51,973 nucleotides of DNA from Candidatus Micrarchaeota archaeon. GTDB taxonomy: Archaea; Micrarchaeota; Micrarchaeia; Micrarchaeales; CABMGC01. Positions 8,784 through 17,334 of this stretch are shown in pieces (positions within the stretch are counted from its first letter, which is position 1; every line of letters starts with the position of its first letter). Made by a program: the position numbers and the translations under genes. The DNA is taken from contig JAJZLT010000019.1 of the NCBI GenBank assembly GCA_021803245.1, positions 1-51,973 of the forward strand, written 5' to 3'. Under the pieces are notes generated by a model, which saw nothing but the letters and a program-made list of their open reading frames with translations, searched no databases and was not told where the DNA came from.

Positions 8784-10157
8784 ATGAGATATAGGATGGA
8801 GAGAGACGTGTTGGGGAGTGTCAGGATACCTGCAGATGCATATTACGGATCAGAAACCTGCAGGGCTGCAGGCAATTTTCGCATTTCAGGCCTTAGGATA
8901 GACAGGGAGTTCATAATTGCATACGTGAAGCTAAAGAAGGCCGCGGCAATCGCCAACATGAAGGCGGGAAAGCTTGACAAGGAAAGATGCGGGGCGATAA
9001 TAAAAGCCTGCAATCAGCTGATAAACGGAAAGCATCTGGACCAGTTTGTTGTCGATGTTTTTCAGGCAGGGGCAGGCACAAGCACAAACATGAACGTAAA
9101 TGAGGTCATATCAAACATATCGATAGAGCTGCTGAAAGGAAGGAAAGGGGATTACAGGATAATACATCCTAACGACCATGTGAATATGTCCCAATCGACA
9201 AACGATACTTACCACACGGCAATACACATTGCATGCCATGGCGAGCTGAAGGCGCTGGGCAAGGCGCTCGCTTCCCTAGAGGGTGCGTTTGCGAAGAAAT
9301 CAGCCGAATTTGGCAGGATAAAAAAAATAGGCAGGACGCACCTGCAGGATGCAGTTCCGATGAGCATGGGCAGCGAGTTTTCAGGCTATGCGGGTGCCGT
9401 TTCCAAGCTGGCAGAGCACCTCGGCTACGTATCAGGGCTGCTCCTTGAAGTACCTTTGGGCGGGACTGCGCTTGGCACTGGAATAAATGCGGGAAAAGAG
9501 TATACTTTGCATGTTTACAGGGAGCTCTTCCATGTCACCGGGGCGAAATTTAGGAAATCCCGGTTTATCTTCACAGACATGTCTCAGCTTATAGAAGAGC
9601 TTTACCTCGCTGATTTTCTAGAGGACTCTGCAGTCGTATTGACCAAGATCGCCAACGACTTCAGGCTGCTTGGTTCAGGGCCAAGAGCTGGTCTAAATGA
9701 GCTGATGCTGCCGGCTGTCCAGCCTGGCTCTTCGATAATGCCTGGTAAAATAAATCCGAGCATAGCCGAAGCGCTGAATATGGCATGCTTCCAGGTGAGG
9801 GGCAACGCCGGCGCTGTGCGGGAAGCTGCCAGTGCAGGGCAGATGGAACTCAATGTTTTCATGCCGGTAGTAGCGTATGACCTGCTCTACTCGATCAGGA
9901 TACTCTCAAATGCGATAAACATGTTTGTGGAGAAATGCGTGCGCGGAGTCAGGGCTAATTCGGCATTCATAGAAAAGGAGCTAAGCATGGATCTTTCCAT
10001 AGCAACGGCGCTCAACCCTTATATAGGGTATTCAAAGGCATCGAAGGTTGCCAGATATGCGTATAAAAATAATATAAGCGTAAAAGAGGCATGCATACGG
10101 ATGGGAATACTTGATAAGCAAAAGCTTGAAAGGATACTGGACCCTGAGAAAATGTAA
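8784..10157 (+). CDS. class II fumarate hydratase / aspartate ammonia-lyase family enzyme
   Basis: 457-aa ORF with GAGTSTNMNVNEV, SQSTNDTYHT, GRTHLQDAVP and the SS-loop GSSIMPGKINP. Residues are a mix of FumC-like and AspA-like. The operon context with sdhAB favours fumarase. Confidence 0.85.
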   Translation: MRYRMERDVLGSVRIPADAYYGSETCRAAGNFRISGLRIDREFIIAYVKLKKAAAIANMKAGKLDKERCGAIIKACNQLINGKHLDQFVVDVFQAGAGTSTNMNVNEVISNISIELLKGRKGDYRIIHPNDHVNMSQSTNDTYHTAIHIACHGELKALGKALASLEGAFAKKSAEFGRIKKIGRTHLQDAVPMSMGSEFSGYAGAVSKLAEHLGYVSGLLLEVPLGGTALGTGINAGKEYTLHVYRELFHVTGAKFRKSRFIFTDMSQLIEELYLADFLEDSAVVLTKIANDFRLLGSGPRAGLNELMLPAVQPGSSIMPGKINPSIAEALNMACFQVRGNAGAVREAASAGQMELNVFMPVVAYDLLYSIRILSNAINMFVEKCVRGVRANSAFIEKELSMDLSIATALNPYIGYSKASKVARYAYKNNISVKEACIRMGILDKQKLERILDPEKM

Positions 10158-10328
10158 GGCCGCACTGCAAAGCCAAAACCGCGTTGCGCCAATGCCTTCC
10201 AAAGAATGTATAAATATGTTATTGCCTATGTCAATTCATAAATGGCCTAGTTTTGCCTCCTTGCGTGATAGTGCCTGTTTGCTGCATGGACTTTTTGACA
10301 CCGCCTACGGGCCCGGGTTGATGGCTGC

Positions 10329-11591
10329 ATGAACGATGACATGGGATTCAGGTTTCTCGTTTATTCGAGGATCTTCAGGAGCGTTGCGCTTATCTTCATG
10401 ACACTCAGCACGCCTCTTTACCTGGCACTGCTTGGAGTAAGCATAGTGCACATAGGACTTGTGTATGTTGGAGTCATGGCATTTACTGCCATTCTCTCGG
10501 TCAGCTTGGGCATGCTCGGGGACAGGATAGGGTATAAGAAATCATTGCTTATAGGCGAGTTGCCTCCTCTTCTTGGCGCGTTGATCCTCTCGCTTACAGG
10601 AAACATAAGCATGGTTGTCATCGCAGTTATCCTGGCAGGGATAAGCGGGCTTGCCGGAGGGCTTAGGGGAGCATTCTCCCCCGGCATGACTGCACTTGTT
10701 GCCAGCAACTACCGCGATAAGCAGTTAAGGATTAGGAAGCTCGGAGCTCTTATAATCTCCGCCTCGTTAGCCAGCGTATTCGGTGCAATATTGCTGCTGA
10801 GCCAGTCATACCTCCTTGCATATGTAGGTGCAGAAGAAGCGTTCAGGATCCTCTTCGGAATTGCCGCGCTTCTGCTCCTGGCCTCGTTTTCCAGCATACT
10901 CTTTGTATGGGAGGGCGAGAGGCCGCGGAAATCCACGCGGATCATGAAGTCGGAAAGCTTCAGGCATGTGCTGCGCATCTCCTCCCTTAACATAATAAAC
11001 GGCGCAGGGCTTGGGATGGCTATGCCGCTTCTGCCTCTGATGTTTGCCATAACGTTTCATCTCCCATCGGAGACAACGGCGCTTTACGTCGGCATCATTT
11101 ATATCCCTTCTTATATAACGACCGCATTGGGGTCTTATCTTTCGAATAGGCGCAGCAGCATATACGCAGCCAGGACCGCCTCATACGTCAGAATAACCTC
11201 GGGATTGCTGCTTGGCCTGCTGGCTGCGGTACTGGCTGCGCAGTACTATCTGGAATTGCCGGATGCATTGCCGCTTCTTTCGTTAGCAGCCGTTGTTTTT
11301 GCATCAAGGGCGTTTATAGCAGGGTTCGGATCCTCCTCGGTAAGCGCGATGAGTGTCATGAATATACATGGAGAAGATTACGGCACTGCTACAAGCATGC
11401 AGGGTCTTTTTGGAAACATCTCGCAAACAAGCAGCGGGCTGAGCGGTTACCTTATGGACTTGGCACTACCTGCGCCTCTGGTGGCAGGAGCCATACTCCA
11501 GATACTGAACGGCGTGATGTATGGCAGGCTCTTTACCAGGGAAGGATCTGTAAGGCAAGCGCAGGATAAAGAGGATAAACATGCAGTATAG
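10329..11591 (+). CDS. MFS-type transporter
   Basis: 420-aa ORF with about 12 hydrophobic segments and a GMLGDRIGYKK loop (MFS motif A-like) after TM2. Confidence 0.7.
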   Translation: MNDDMGFRFLVYSRIFRSVALIFMTLSTPLYLALLGVSIVHIGLVYVGVMAFTAILSVSLGMLGDRIGYKKSLLIGELPPLLGALILSLTGNISMVVIAVILAGISGLAGGLRGAFSPGMTALVASNYRDKQLRIRKLGALIISASLASVFGAILLLSQSYLLAYVGAEEAFRILFGIAALLLLASFSSILFVWEGERPRKSTRIMKSESFRHVLRISSLNIINGAGLGMAMPLLPLMFAITFHLPSETTALYVGIIYIPSYITTALGSYLSNRRSSIYAARTASYVRITSGLLLGLLAAVLAAQYYLELPDALPLLSLAAVVFASRAFIAGFGSSSVSAMSVMNIHGEDYGTATSMQGLFGNISQTSSGLSGYLMDLALPAPLVAGAILQILNGVMYGRLFTREGSVRQAQDKEDKHAV

Positions 11592-11731
11592 CGGATGCAG
11601 TTCTTGTGCCTGGCTTATTTGATCTGAACGCTCCGGATGCTCTTATCTCTTCTTAAGTCATGCCCTATTTAATCGCCTTTGATGTGCGCAAGCTATAAAA
11701 AGAAGAAATTCCCATCAGGAATGTGATTTAG

Positions 11732-12169
11732 ATGGCTGCTAATGAGGAGAGTGATCAGGAAGCAGAGCAGGCTGTGGCTCAGCTAAGGTATCTGCAGAAT
11801 ATATATTCGCAGCAGTATGAGATGATCGAGAGTGAGATAGCAACCTACTCTCTGGCGCTGAGCGCAATAAACAAGAATATCGATATGCTTGAAGATCCGG
11901 ACAAGATAAACAACAAGGAGATGCTGCTTAACGGGGAAGGAGGCACGTATATAGTTGCCAAAATAAAGCCTGTGGAGCAGGTGATAACTTACGTGGGGGC
12001 AGGCTACCTTGTTGAGAAGAGCCTGGAGGATGCAAAGGCCTTTCTAAATGATAACAGGAAGAAGCAAGAGGAGAACCTCAGGCGGCTTTCTGAAGAGAGG
12101 CTTAAAATCGAGAAGGAGCTGGTAAGCATCTCTTACAAGCTTAGTGCATACAATCAGCAGCAGGTATAG
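11732..12169 (+). CDS. pfdA: prefoldin alpha subunit
   Basis: 145-aa coiled-coil/beta-hairpin/coiled-coil layout (LRYLQNIYSQQYE ... VGAGYLVEKSLEDA ... LRRLSEE). Sits directly upstream of ftsY, as in many archaea. Confidence 0.75.
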   Translation: MAANEESDQEAEQAVAQLRYLQNIYSQQYEMIESEIATYSLALSAINKNIDMLEDPDKINNKEMLLNGEGGTYIVAKIKPVEQVITYVGAGYLVEKSLEDAKAFLNDNRKKQEENLRRLSEERLKIEKELVSISYKLSAYNQQQV

Positions 12170-12172
12170 TAA

Positions 12173-13576
12173 ATGTTCGAAGGTCTAAAAAAGAAATTTT
12201 CAAATTTTATAGGGTCCATAGCCAAGAAAGAGGAGGAAAAAGCCGAAGAGGTGCAAAAGGAGGAGGGAGCGGCAGAAGAGAAAAGTAGCGAGCACAGAGC
12301 GGCAAAAGCAGAGAGCAATGAAGGAGTAGGGGCGAAAGTGAAGGATGGCGTGCATTCTGCAGGATATCAGGACGAGGAACGCCATTTTAAGGAAATATTG
12401 CCTGAGGCAAAAAAAGAGCAGGAGGCAAAGACAGCAGGTAAGCCAACAGATATACATGGGCAATATAAAGAGCATCGGCAAAAGGGCGATCTGAGAGAGG
12501 AAAGAAAAACAGGAAGGGAAGAAAAGGCTCTTGGAGCAGAAGCGCAGGCTCCGCAGAGGCCAGATGCAGGCGTCGCGAGTGCAGGGGCAGGGGGAGTGAG
12601 AAATGACGCGACAATTAAGCAGGAAGCAGAGCAGGCAGCAGGTACCTCTTCAGGCCAGCTGGTCAGAAAACCAGGCATCTCTGCAGGAACAAGGATAAAA
12701 GGCTTTATATTTCGTGAGGTAAGCATAACAGACAAGGACATAGAGCCGTTCATGGAGCAGCTGCAAGTCGCACTTCTTCAATCTGATGTGAACTATGTAG
12801 CTACAGAAAAGATACTGAACTCAATAAAAAAGGATTTGACCGCTAATCCCCTAAAGGCCTCCCAGCTTGAAGCCCAGATCTCGTCAAAGATAAGAAACGC
12901 TATTTTTGAGATACTGAAGAAGGGAAAAAAGGCAGACCTTGTGGGCATGGTCAGGGAAAGAAAAGAAAGGGGGGAAGTGCCGTTCAAGATACTCTTTCTT
13001 GGCCCTAACGGAGCAGGCAAGACCACCACCATAGCAAAGATGGCCAGGCTGATGCTTGACAATGGGCTATCATGCATAATATCTGCCAGCGATACCTTTA
13101 GGGCTGCTGCAATAGAGCAGAGTGCCATACATGCGCAGAAGCTTGGAATCGAGGTCCTGAAAGGCACTTATGGCGCAGATCCGGCCAGCGTGGCCTTCGA
13201 TGCAGTTGCCCATGCAAAGGCAAGGGGCATAGATGTTGTTCTGATAGACAGCGCAGGCAGGCAGGAGACAAGCAAGAGCCTGATGGAAGAAATGAAGAAG
13301 ATGAACAGGGTCATAAAGCCGGACCTGAAAATCTTCATAGGAGAGAGCATCGCAGGAAACGTACTGCTCGAGCAGCTAAAGGAGTTTGACAGTGCTGTAG
13401 GCTTAGATGGGGTCATACTGACCAAGCTGGATCTTGATGCAAAAGGGGGCAATACGCTCTCCATTGCAAGTGAAACTGAGATACCTATACTTTTTATCTG
13501 CACAGGAGAAGGATACAACGACATTATGACCTATGATCCTGACTTCATAATAAATAATATAATACCGAACAATTGA
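12173..13576 (+). CDS. ftsY: signal recognition particle receptor FtsY
   Basis: C-terminal NG domain with GPNGAGKTTT, DTFRAAA, DSAGRQ and TKLD. Preceded by a charged low-complexity N-terminal region of about 180 aa. Confidence 0.9.
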   Translation: MFEGLKKKFSNFIGSIAKKEEEKAEEVQKEEGAAEEKSSEHRAAKAESNEGVGAKVKDGVHSAGYQDEERHFKEILPEAKKEQEAKTAGKPTDIHGQYKEHRQKGDLREERKTGREEKALGAEAQAPQRPDAGVASAGAGGVRNDATIKQEAEQAAGTSSGQLVRKPGISAGTRIKGFIFREVSITDKDIEPFMEQLQVALLQSDVNYVATEKILNSIKKDLTANPLKASQLEAQISSKIRNAIFEILKKGKKADLVGMVRERKERGEVPFKILFLGPNGAGKTTTIAKMARLMLDNGLSCIISASDTFRAAAIEQSAIHAQKLGIEVLKGTYGADPASVAFDAVAHAKARGIDVVLIDSAGRQETSKSLMEEMKKMNRVIKPDLKIFIGESIAGNVLLEQLKEFDSAVGLDGVILTKLDLDAKGGNTLSIASETEIPILFICTGEGYNDIMTYDPDFIINNIIPNN

Positions 13577-13617
13577 CTCAAGGCTGGGAAGCCCTGGCGC
13601 GGATTGGCAGGGTCAGA

Positions 13618-14283
13618 CTAAAGCCCAAGCGCGTCAGCCATATTTGCGAGCTCATATCCGGTAGTCTTTTCGCCTGCGAGAAGACCGCTGGAATTTGCCA
13701 TTGTGCATAGGCCTATGCTTGGCGAGCCCGTATTTGCAGTTGACTGCGTTAGGGAGGGAAAGCGCTCCTTGAACCATTCGAACTCCTCGTCTGTCGCATG
13801 GTTGCTCAGGACCATCCCCTTATTCGTGAGTATGTTGTTGGCACCTACGGTGCTGAATCCGCCGGTTTTCGCTCTTATCGTCTCTACATCCAGCAGATCG
13901 GATATTTCTTTCTCCTGCCTGCTTGTAAATTCCGGGTTCAGGACAGCCAGCTTATCGTTTGCCAGTATATTGTTGCGCAGTGCATTGAGATCCGTATCCA
14001 ATACTTCTACGGAGACGTTTCCAAGCTCGTTTCTCAGAAGCTTCAGTTCGCTGTCCTCAGTCATGTTTGATAGCAGTATATGCCCGGAATTTGCCACTGC
14101 ATAGATGCCGACCAGCTCTGAGCCGCCAACTGAACATCTTACGACCTTACAATTAAGCGTTTCCTTTATTACCGACTCGCCGCCCCTGCTTATATCCCTG
14201 CCAACCAGAATGAATTTATCTGAGGCCACGCCGAACGCCCCTATGAAATCGCTCCCATACAGGCTGAACTTAGCGTACACCAT
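13618..14283 (-). CDS. eif6: translation initiation factor 6 (aIF6)
   Basis: 221-aa ORF with a pentein-like repeat pattern (GSDFIGAFGVASD, GSELVGIYAVAN, GSPSIGLCTMAN). Position next to rpl31e is conserved. Confidence 0.85.
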   Translation of the reverse strand: MVYAKFSLYGSDFIGAFGVASDKFILVGRDISRGGESVIKETLNCKVVRCSVGGSELVGIYAVANSGHILLSNMTEDSELKLLRNELGNVSVEVLDTDLNALRNNILANDKLAVLNPEFTSRQEKEISDLLDVETIRAKTGGFSTVGANNILTNKGMVLSNHATDEEFEWFKERFPSLTQSTANTGSPSIGLCTMANSSGLLAGEKTTGYELANMADALGL

Positions 14284-14285
14284 CC

Positions 14286-14753
14286 CTACTTACCTTTGTT
14301 TTTGCCATTTTGCTGGTTCTTGCTTTCAGGATCTGCTTTCTCTGCTTGTGGCTTTGATTGCGCGGTTGATCCTTCCTTTGTGCCTTTTCCGCCTTTGCCC
14401 TGGCTGCGCTCTTCCTGCTTCTGCTCCACTGGCTTCTTCGCATCCTTTGCCTGATTTGAACTTTTCTGAGTGGCCGCATCGACAACGGCTTTCTTGGGCT
14501 TCAGCTCAGGTGAAAGATCAAGCTTTACAGAAGTGCCGGCCTTCTCTACGCTTACTTTTATATCGCGCATGCGCATCGCATTAAGCATCATATACCTGTT
14601 TAGATCCTGGCTTATGGAAATCGAGTCTGGCGAGACGGAAGCAAACCTTGCTATCTCCTGCCTCAGGTATTTGTAAGAACCCTGGAGTCTTCTAGTGCTG
14701 TGAATCTTAACAAGCCTTCTGCGCAGGCTAATGTTTCTTATCTCTGTTGGCAT
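14286..14753 (-). CDS. rpl31e: 50S ribosomal protein L31e with a long Lys/Gln/Glu-rich C-terminal tail
   Basis: N-terminal ~85 aa matches L31e (RRLVKIHSTRR..YLRQEIARF). It is followed by about 70 aa of low-complexity KPKKAVV...KNQQNGKNKGK. Confidence 0.8.
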   Translation of the reverse strand: MPTEIRNISLRRRLVKIHSTRRLQGSYKYLRQEIARFASVSPDSISISQDLNRYMMLNAMRMRDIKVSVEKAGTSVKLDLSPELKPKKAVVDAATQKSSNQAKDAKKPVEQKQEERSQGKGGKGTKEGSTAQSKPQAEKADPESKNQQNGKNKGK

Positions 14754-14757
14754 TCGG

Positions 14758-14916
14758 CTACACCTTTATCCTAAGTTTTCTCCTTCTCCAGTCCCTCTGA
14801 AACTTGTTGTACTGGACTTTCCTGTGCGTCCTAAGTATTGCAAGTACAGGTACCCTCCTGTTGCGCTTAAGTTCCTTTCCGAGCCTAAGCTTCTTTTCCA
14901 TGCTTTTTTTGCTCAT
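14758..14916 (-). CDS. rpl39e: 50S ribosomal protein L39e
   Basis: Not in the ORF track (52 aa). My translation is MSKKSMEKKLRLGKELKRNRRVPVLAILRTHRKVQYNKFQRDWRRRKLRIKV, a typical L39e. Confidence 0.85.
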   Translation of the reverse strand: MSKKSMEKKLRLGKELKRNRRVPVLAILRTHRKVQYNKFQRDWRRRKLRIKV

Positions 14917-14977
14917 AGCATCAACTTATAATTTGAATCGTCGCTTATCAGAATTGCATTATTTCTATTAACTAACA

Positions 14978-15298
14978 TCATTTATGCTTATATTCTATTG
15001 TAGGCTCAGGTCTAAAAGTCAATCTGCCAAGTATCTGCTTGAGCTGTTCTTCCGTAAGCTTGCCTGAAAGCCTGTTTTGCTGCGCCATTGCTATTATTAA
15101 GTTTGTCAATTGTGAATAGAGCTCACGGTTCGAGATCCTTACGTTCATTAACCTCTCGTAGGCTTCAGGTGTCATAAGTTTCCTTACCAGCTCTCTCTTC
15201 TGCTGCTCTTCCTGCATCACCCTCATTCTTTTCTGGAGAGCCTTCTGGATTTTCTCGTCTTCCGGATTACCGCTTGCCTGCTCGGGCACTTCACGCAC
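14978..15298 (-). CDS. PDCD5-like double-stranded DNA-binding protein (COG2118)
   Basis: 106-aa ORF with ...LVRKLMTPEAYERLMNVRISNRELYSQL...KLTEEQLKQIL. GTG start overlaps the rps19e stop by 8 nt. The position between S19e and L39e is conserved in archaea. Confidence 0.75.
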   Translation of the reverse strand: MREVPEQASGNPEDEKIQKALQKRMRVMQEEQQKRELVRKLMTPEAYERLMNVRISNRELYSQLTNLIIAMAQQNRLSGKLTEEQLKQILGRLTFRPEPTIEYKHK

Positions 15299-15713
15299 CG
15301 TTTGCTTTTAACACTTCGTTTGCTACCTTGTCCAGGAATGATTTGCCTGATTGCGTTATGGCGCGGCCTTTCTTGGTCTTCTTGACATAGCCTGCCTTTT
15401 CCAGCGCGTCGAATGCATCCTTTATCATGCTTCCTCCTGCGCGCATGTGGTGATGCCTGCCGACGGTATGCCTTTTCCTTGTGCCATATCTGGTCCTGAG
15501 GCGAGAGACGCCTATAGGGCCGTTGACATATGCCTGCCTTAGTATAGATGCACACCGTATGTACCAGAACATCGGATCCTGTGGGGTCCTTTCTTTTCCT
15601 GCACCGCTCTTTACGAAGTCAACGTATACTGGCTTTGGAATCTTTGCATCCGAGAGCTTTTCTGCTGCCTTTCGTATAAGCGTAGAGCTATCTGCCTCTA
15701 AAACATTCGCCAT
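15291..15713 (-). CDS. rps19e: 30S ribosomal protein S19e
   Basis: 140-aa ORF with WYIRCASILRQAY..GPIGVSRLRTRYG, characteristic of S19e. Confidence 0.85.
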   Translation of the reverse strand: MANVLEADSSTLIRKAAEKLSDAKIPKPVYVDFVKSGAGKERTPQDPMFWYIRCASILRQAYVNGPIGVSRLRTRYGTRKRHTVGRHHHMRAGGSMIKDAFDALEKAGYVKKTKKGRAITQSGKSFLDKVANEVLKANGA

Positions 15714-16061
15714 TTGAAAAACACCGAATAGACTTTACCTTATCAATGTAATCTTATAATGCTATAAATTTATATATCTGTTTCTTTTCGGGCTATGTAC
15801 CAAAATACGAACGATGAATATCGTCAAATAAGGAACAGGTATTTTTGACCTTTGTTTTATAAGGTACAACAACCTCTTTTTTCTGTGTTTTGGCCCCGAT
15901 ATTCTATCACTCCTGCCTTTTCTGCAGAAGAAATCTATTGACAGATATCTATTTAGTTATCGGCCATATTTAAGCCCAGAGCCACCGCAATAGTAGGATT
16001 CGAAGAAAAGTCTTATAATGACGTCGTGCTAAAGTTTGGAATAGTCACTAAACTCTTATTT

Positions 16062-17228
16062 TTATTTCCCTTCTATCCAAGAAGCAACATTCGAATATTC
16101 CGTAGAATTGTATTTTGAACTGGGAAGCGTCATGTTTGAGAAGAGGCTTTCTGCGCCTGCCGTGACTGAGGCGTAATTGCTACCTTGGGAAACCTGCAGG
16201 TTAATTGCATGCTCACCGGTATCCCATCCACTGCTGTACAAGGATGGAAACGGAACGAATGTGCCATTTGAATAATAAAACAACCACATGTCAGTTGCAT
16301 TAAGGTTTGTGAATGTTGCATTTTGACCATATGACCCTCCACCAAATACAAACTCAGCATCATAGTAAGTATTGTTTGATGGAGTATATTTGTATGGAGT
16401 TACAAACAGATACGAAGACGTATCAGGTATAAGAAATGTGACATTATCATAGAAGTTTTTATAATCGTTCATTTCATATCCAAAATTTACTACAGGATAA
16501 TTCCCAGAATTATTGATATGTATAACAGGGCAGTATGTCATAGGTAGCGTATAGTTTTTAAAATACATGTATACAACTACAACCACATGTGTATTATTTG
16601 TAAATTTGTCATATATTGTTCCATTCATATCGTACTCATAAAGAGGATATGTTGCATCAGTTATATTCATATACGAAAACTTGCCATTCTTATAAATCTC
16701 TTGTTTTTTCATATCTCCATTGCCAGATAGCGTTCTTTGAGAGATTTCTGGATTATAAGGGGAACTCATATTGTATATTGAATCTGCTATGGTATATTTT
16801 CTGGATGAGGTGTTGAATGCAATGGTGTTTTGTAGCCAGTAGGTATAAGAATGGCCATTTGTAGAATTGATTACCAAATTGACATTTAATTGTAGTCCAG
16901 CGCCATATATTGATGCATTAGGAGGCGAATCTGGAGTATATACCTGTATTGAGGATATATTTACGCATCCGAAGATGGCATTTGTAACAACTTGATAAGT
17001 GGACATATTATAGTATGGCATACGTTTACCAGAAGATGATAAAATACCTAAACTGTTTGTTAGACCATAGCTCACCACTCCTTCGGAATAATTGTTATAA
17101 CCAACAGTACCTGCAAATGGATTAAGCACATTGCTATTTGACTTGCCAGAAATTAAATTTATTGAAAACCATATAATGAGTATCAGAATTATTGCAACAA
17201 TTGAGATATATAGATACTTCAATTTCAT
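16062..17228 (-). CDS. thermopsin-like (peptidase A5 family) secreted protein
   Basis: 388 aa with an N-terminal TM anchor and many N-x-S/T sequons. YTYWLQNTIAFNTSS, YYDAEFVFGGGSYGQNATF and FPSLYSSGWDTGEHA resemble thermopsin as I remember it. The gene is markedly AT-rich. Confidence 0.55.
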   Translation of the reverse strand: MKLKYLYISIVAIILILIIWFSINLISGKSNSNVLNPFAGTVGYNNYSEGVVSYGLTNSLGILSSSGKRMPYYNMSTYQVVTNAIFGCVNISSIQVYTPDSPPNASIYGAGLQLNVNLVINSTNGHSYTYWLQNTIAFNTSSRKYTIADSIYNMSSPYNPEISQRTLSGNGDMKKQEIYKNGKFSYMNITDATYPLYEYDMNGTIYDKFTNNTHVVVVVYMYFKNYTLPMTYCPVIHINNSGNYPVVNFGYEMNDYKNFYDNVTFLIPDTSSYLFVTPYKYTPSNNTYYDAEFVFGGGSYGQNATFTNLNATDMWLFYYSNGTFVPFPSLYSSGWDTGEHAINLQVSQGSNYASVTAGAESLFSNMTLPSSKYNSTEYSNVASWIEGK

Positions 17229-17334
17229 TTTTACTCCACTTTTATCTGAATCAACTTGTATTTATAAAGATCCGCTCAGTTTTGGCGGTTATGAAATATA
17301 AGAACTGGTAAATTAAACTAGAAATACGAGGTAT

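Noticed and set aside
12200-13524. Several minus-strand ORFs (93-128 aa) opposite ftsY, and 14105-14584 on the plus strand opposite eif6/rpl31e.
   Set aside because: They mirror low-complexity purine-rich coding sequence on the other strand and show no motifs. These are shadow ORFs.
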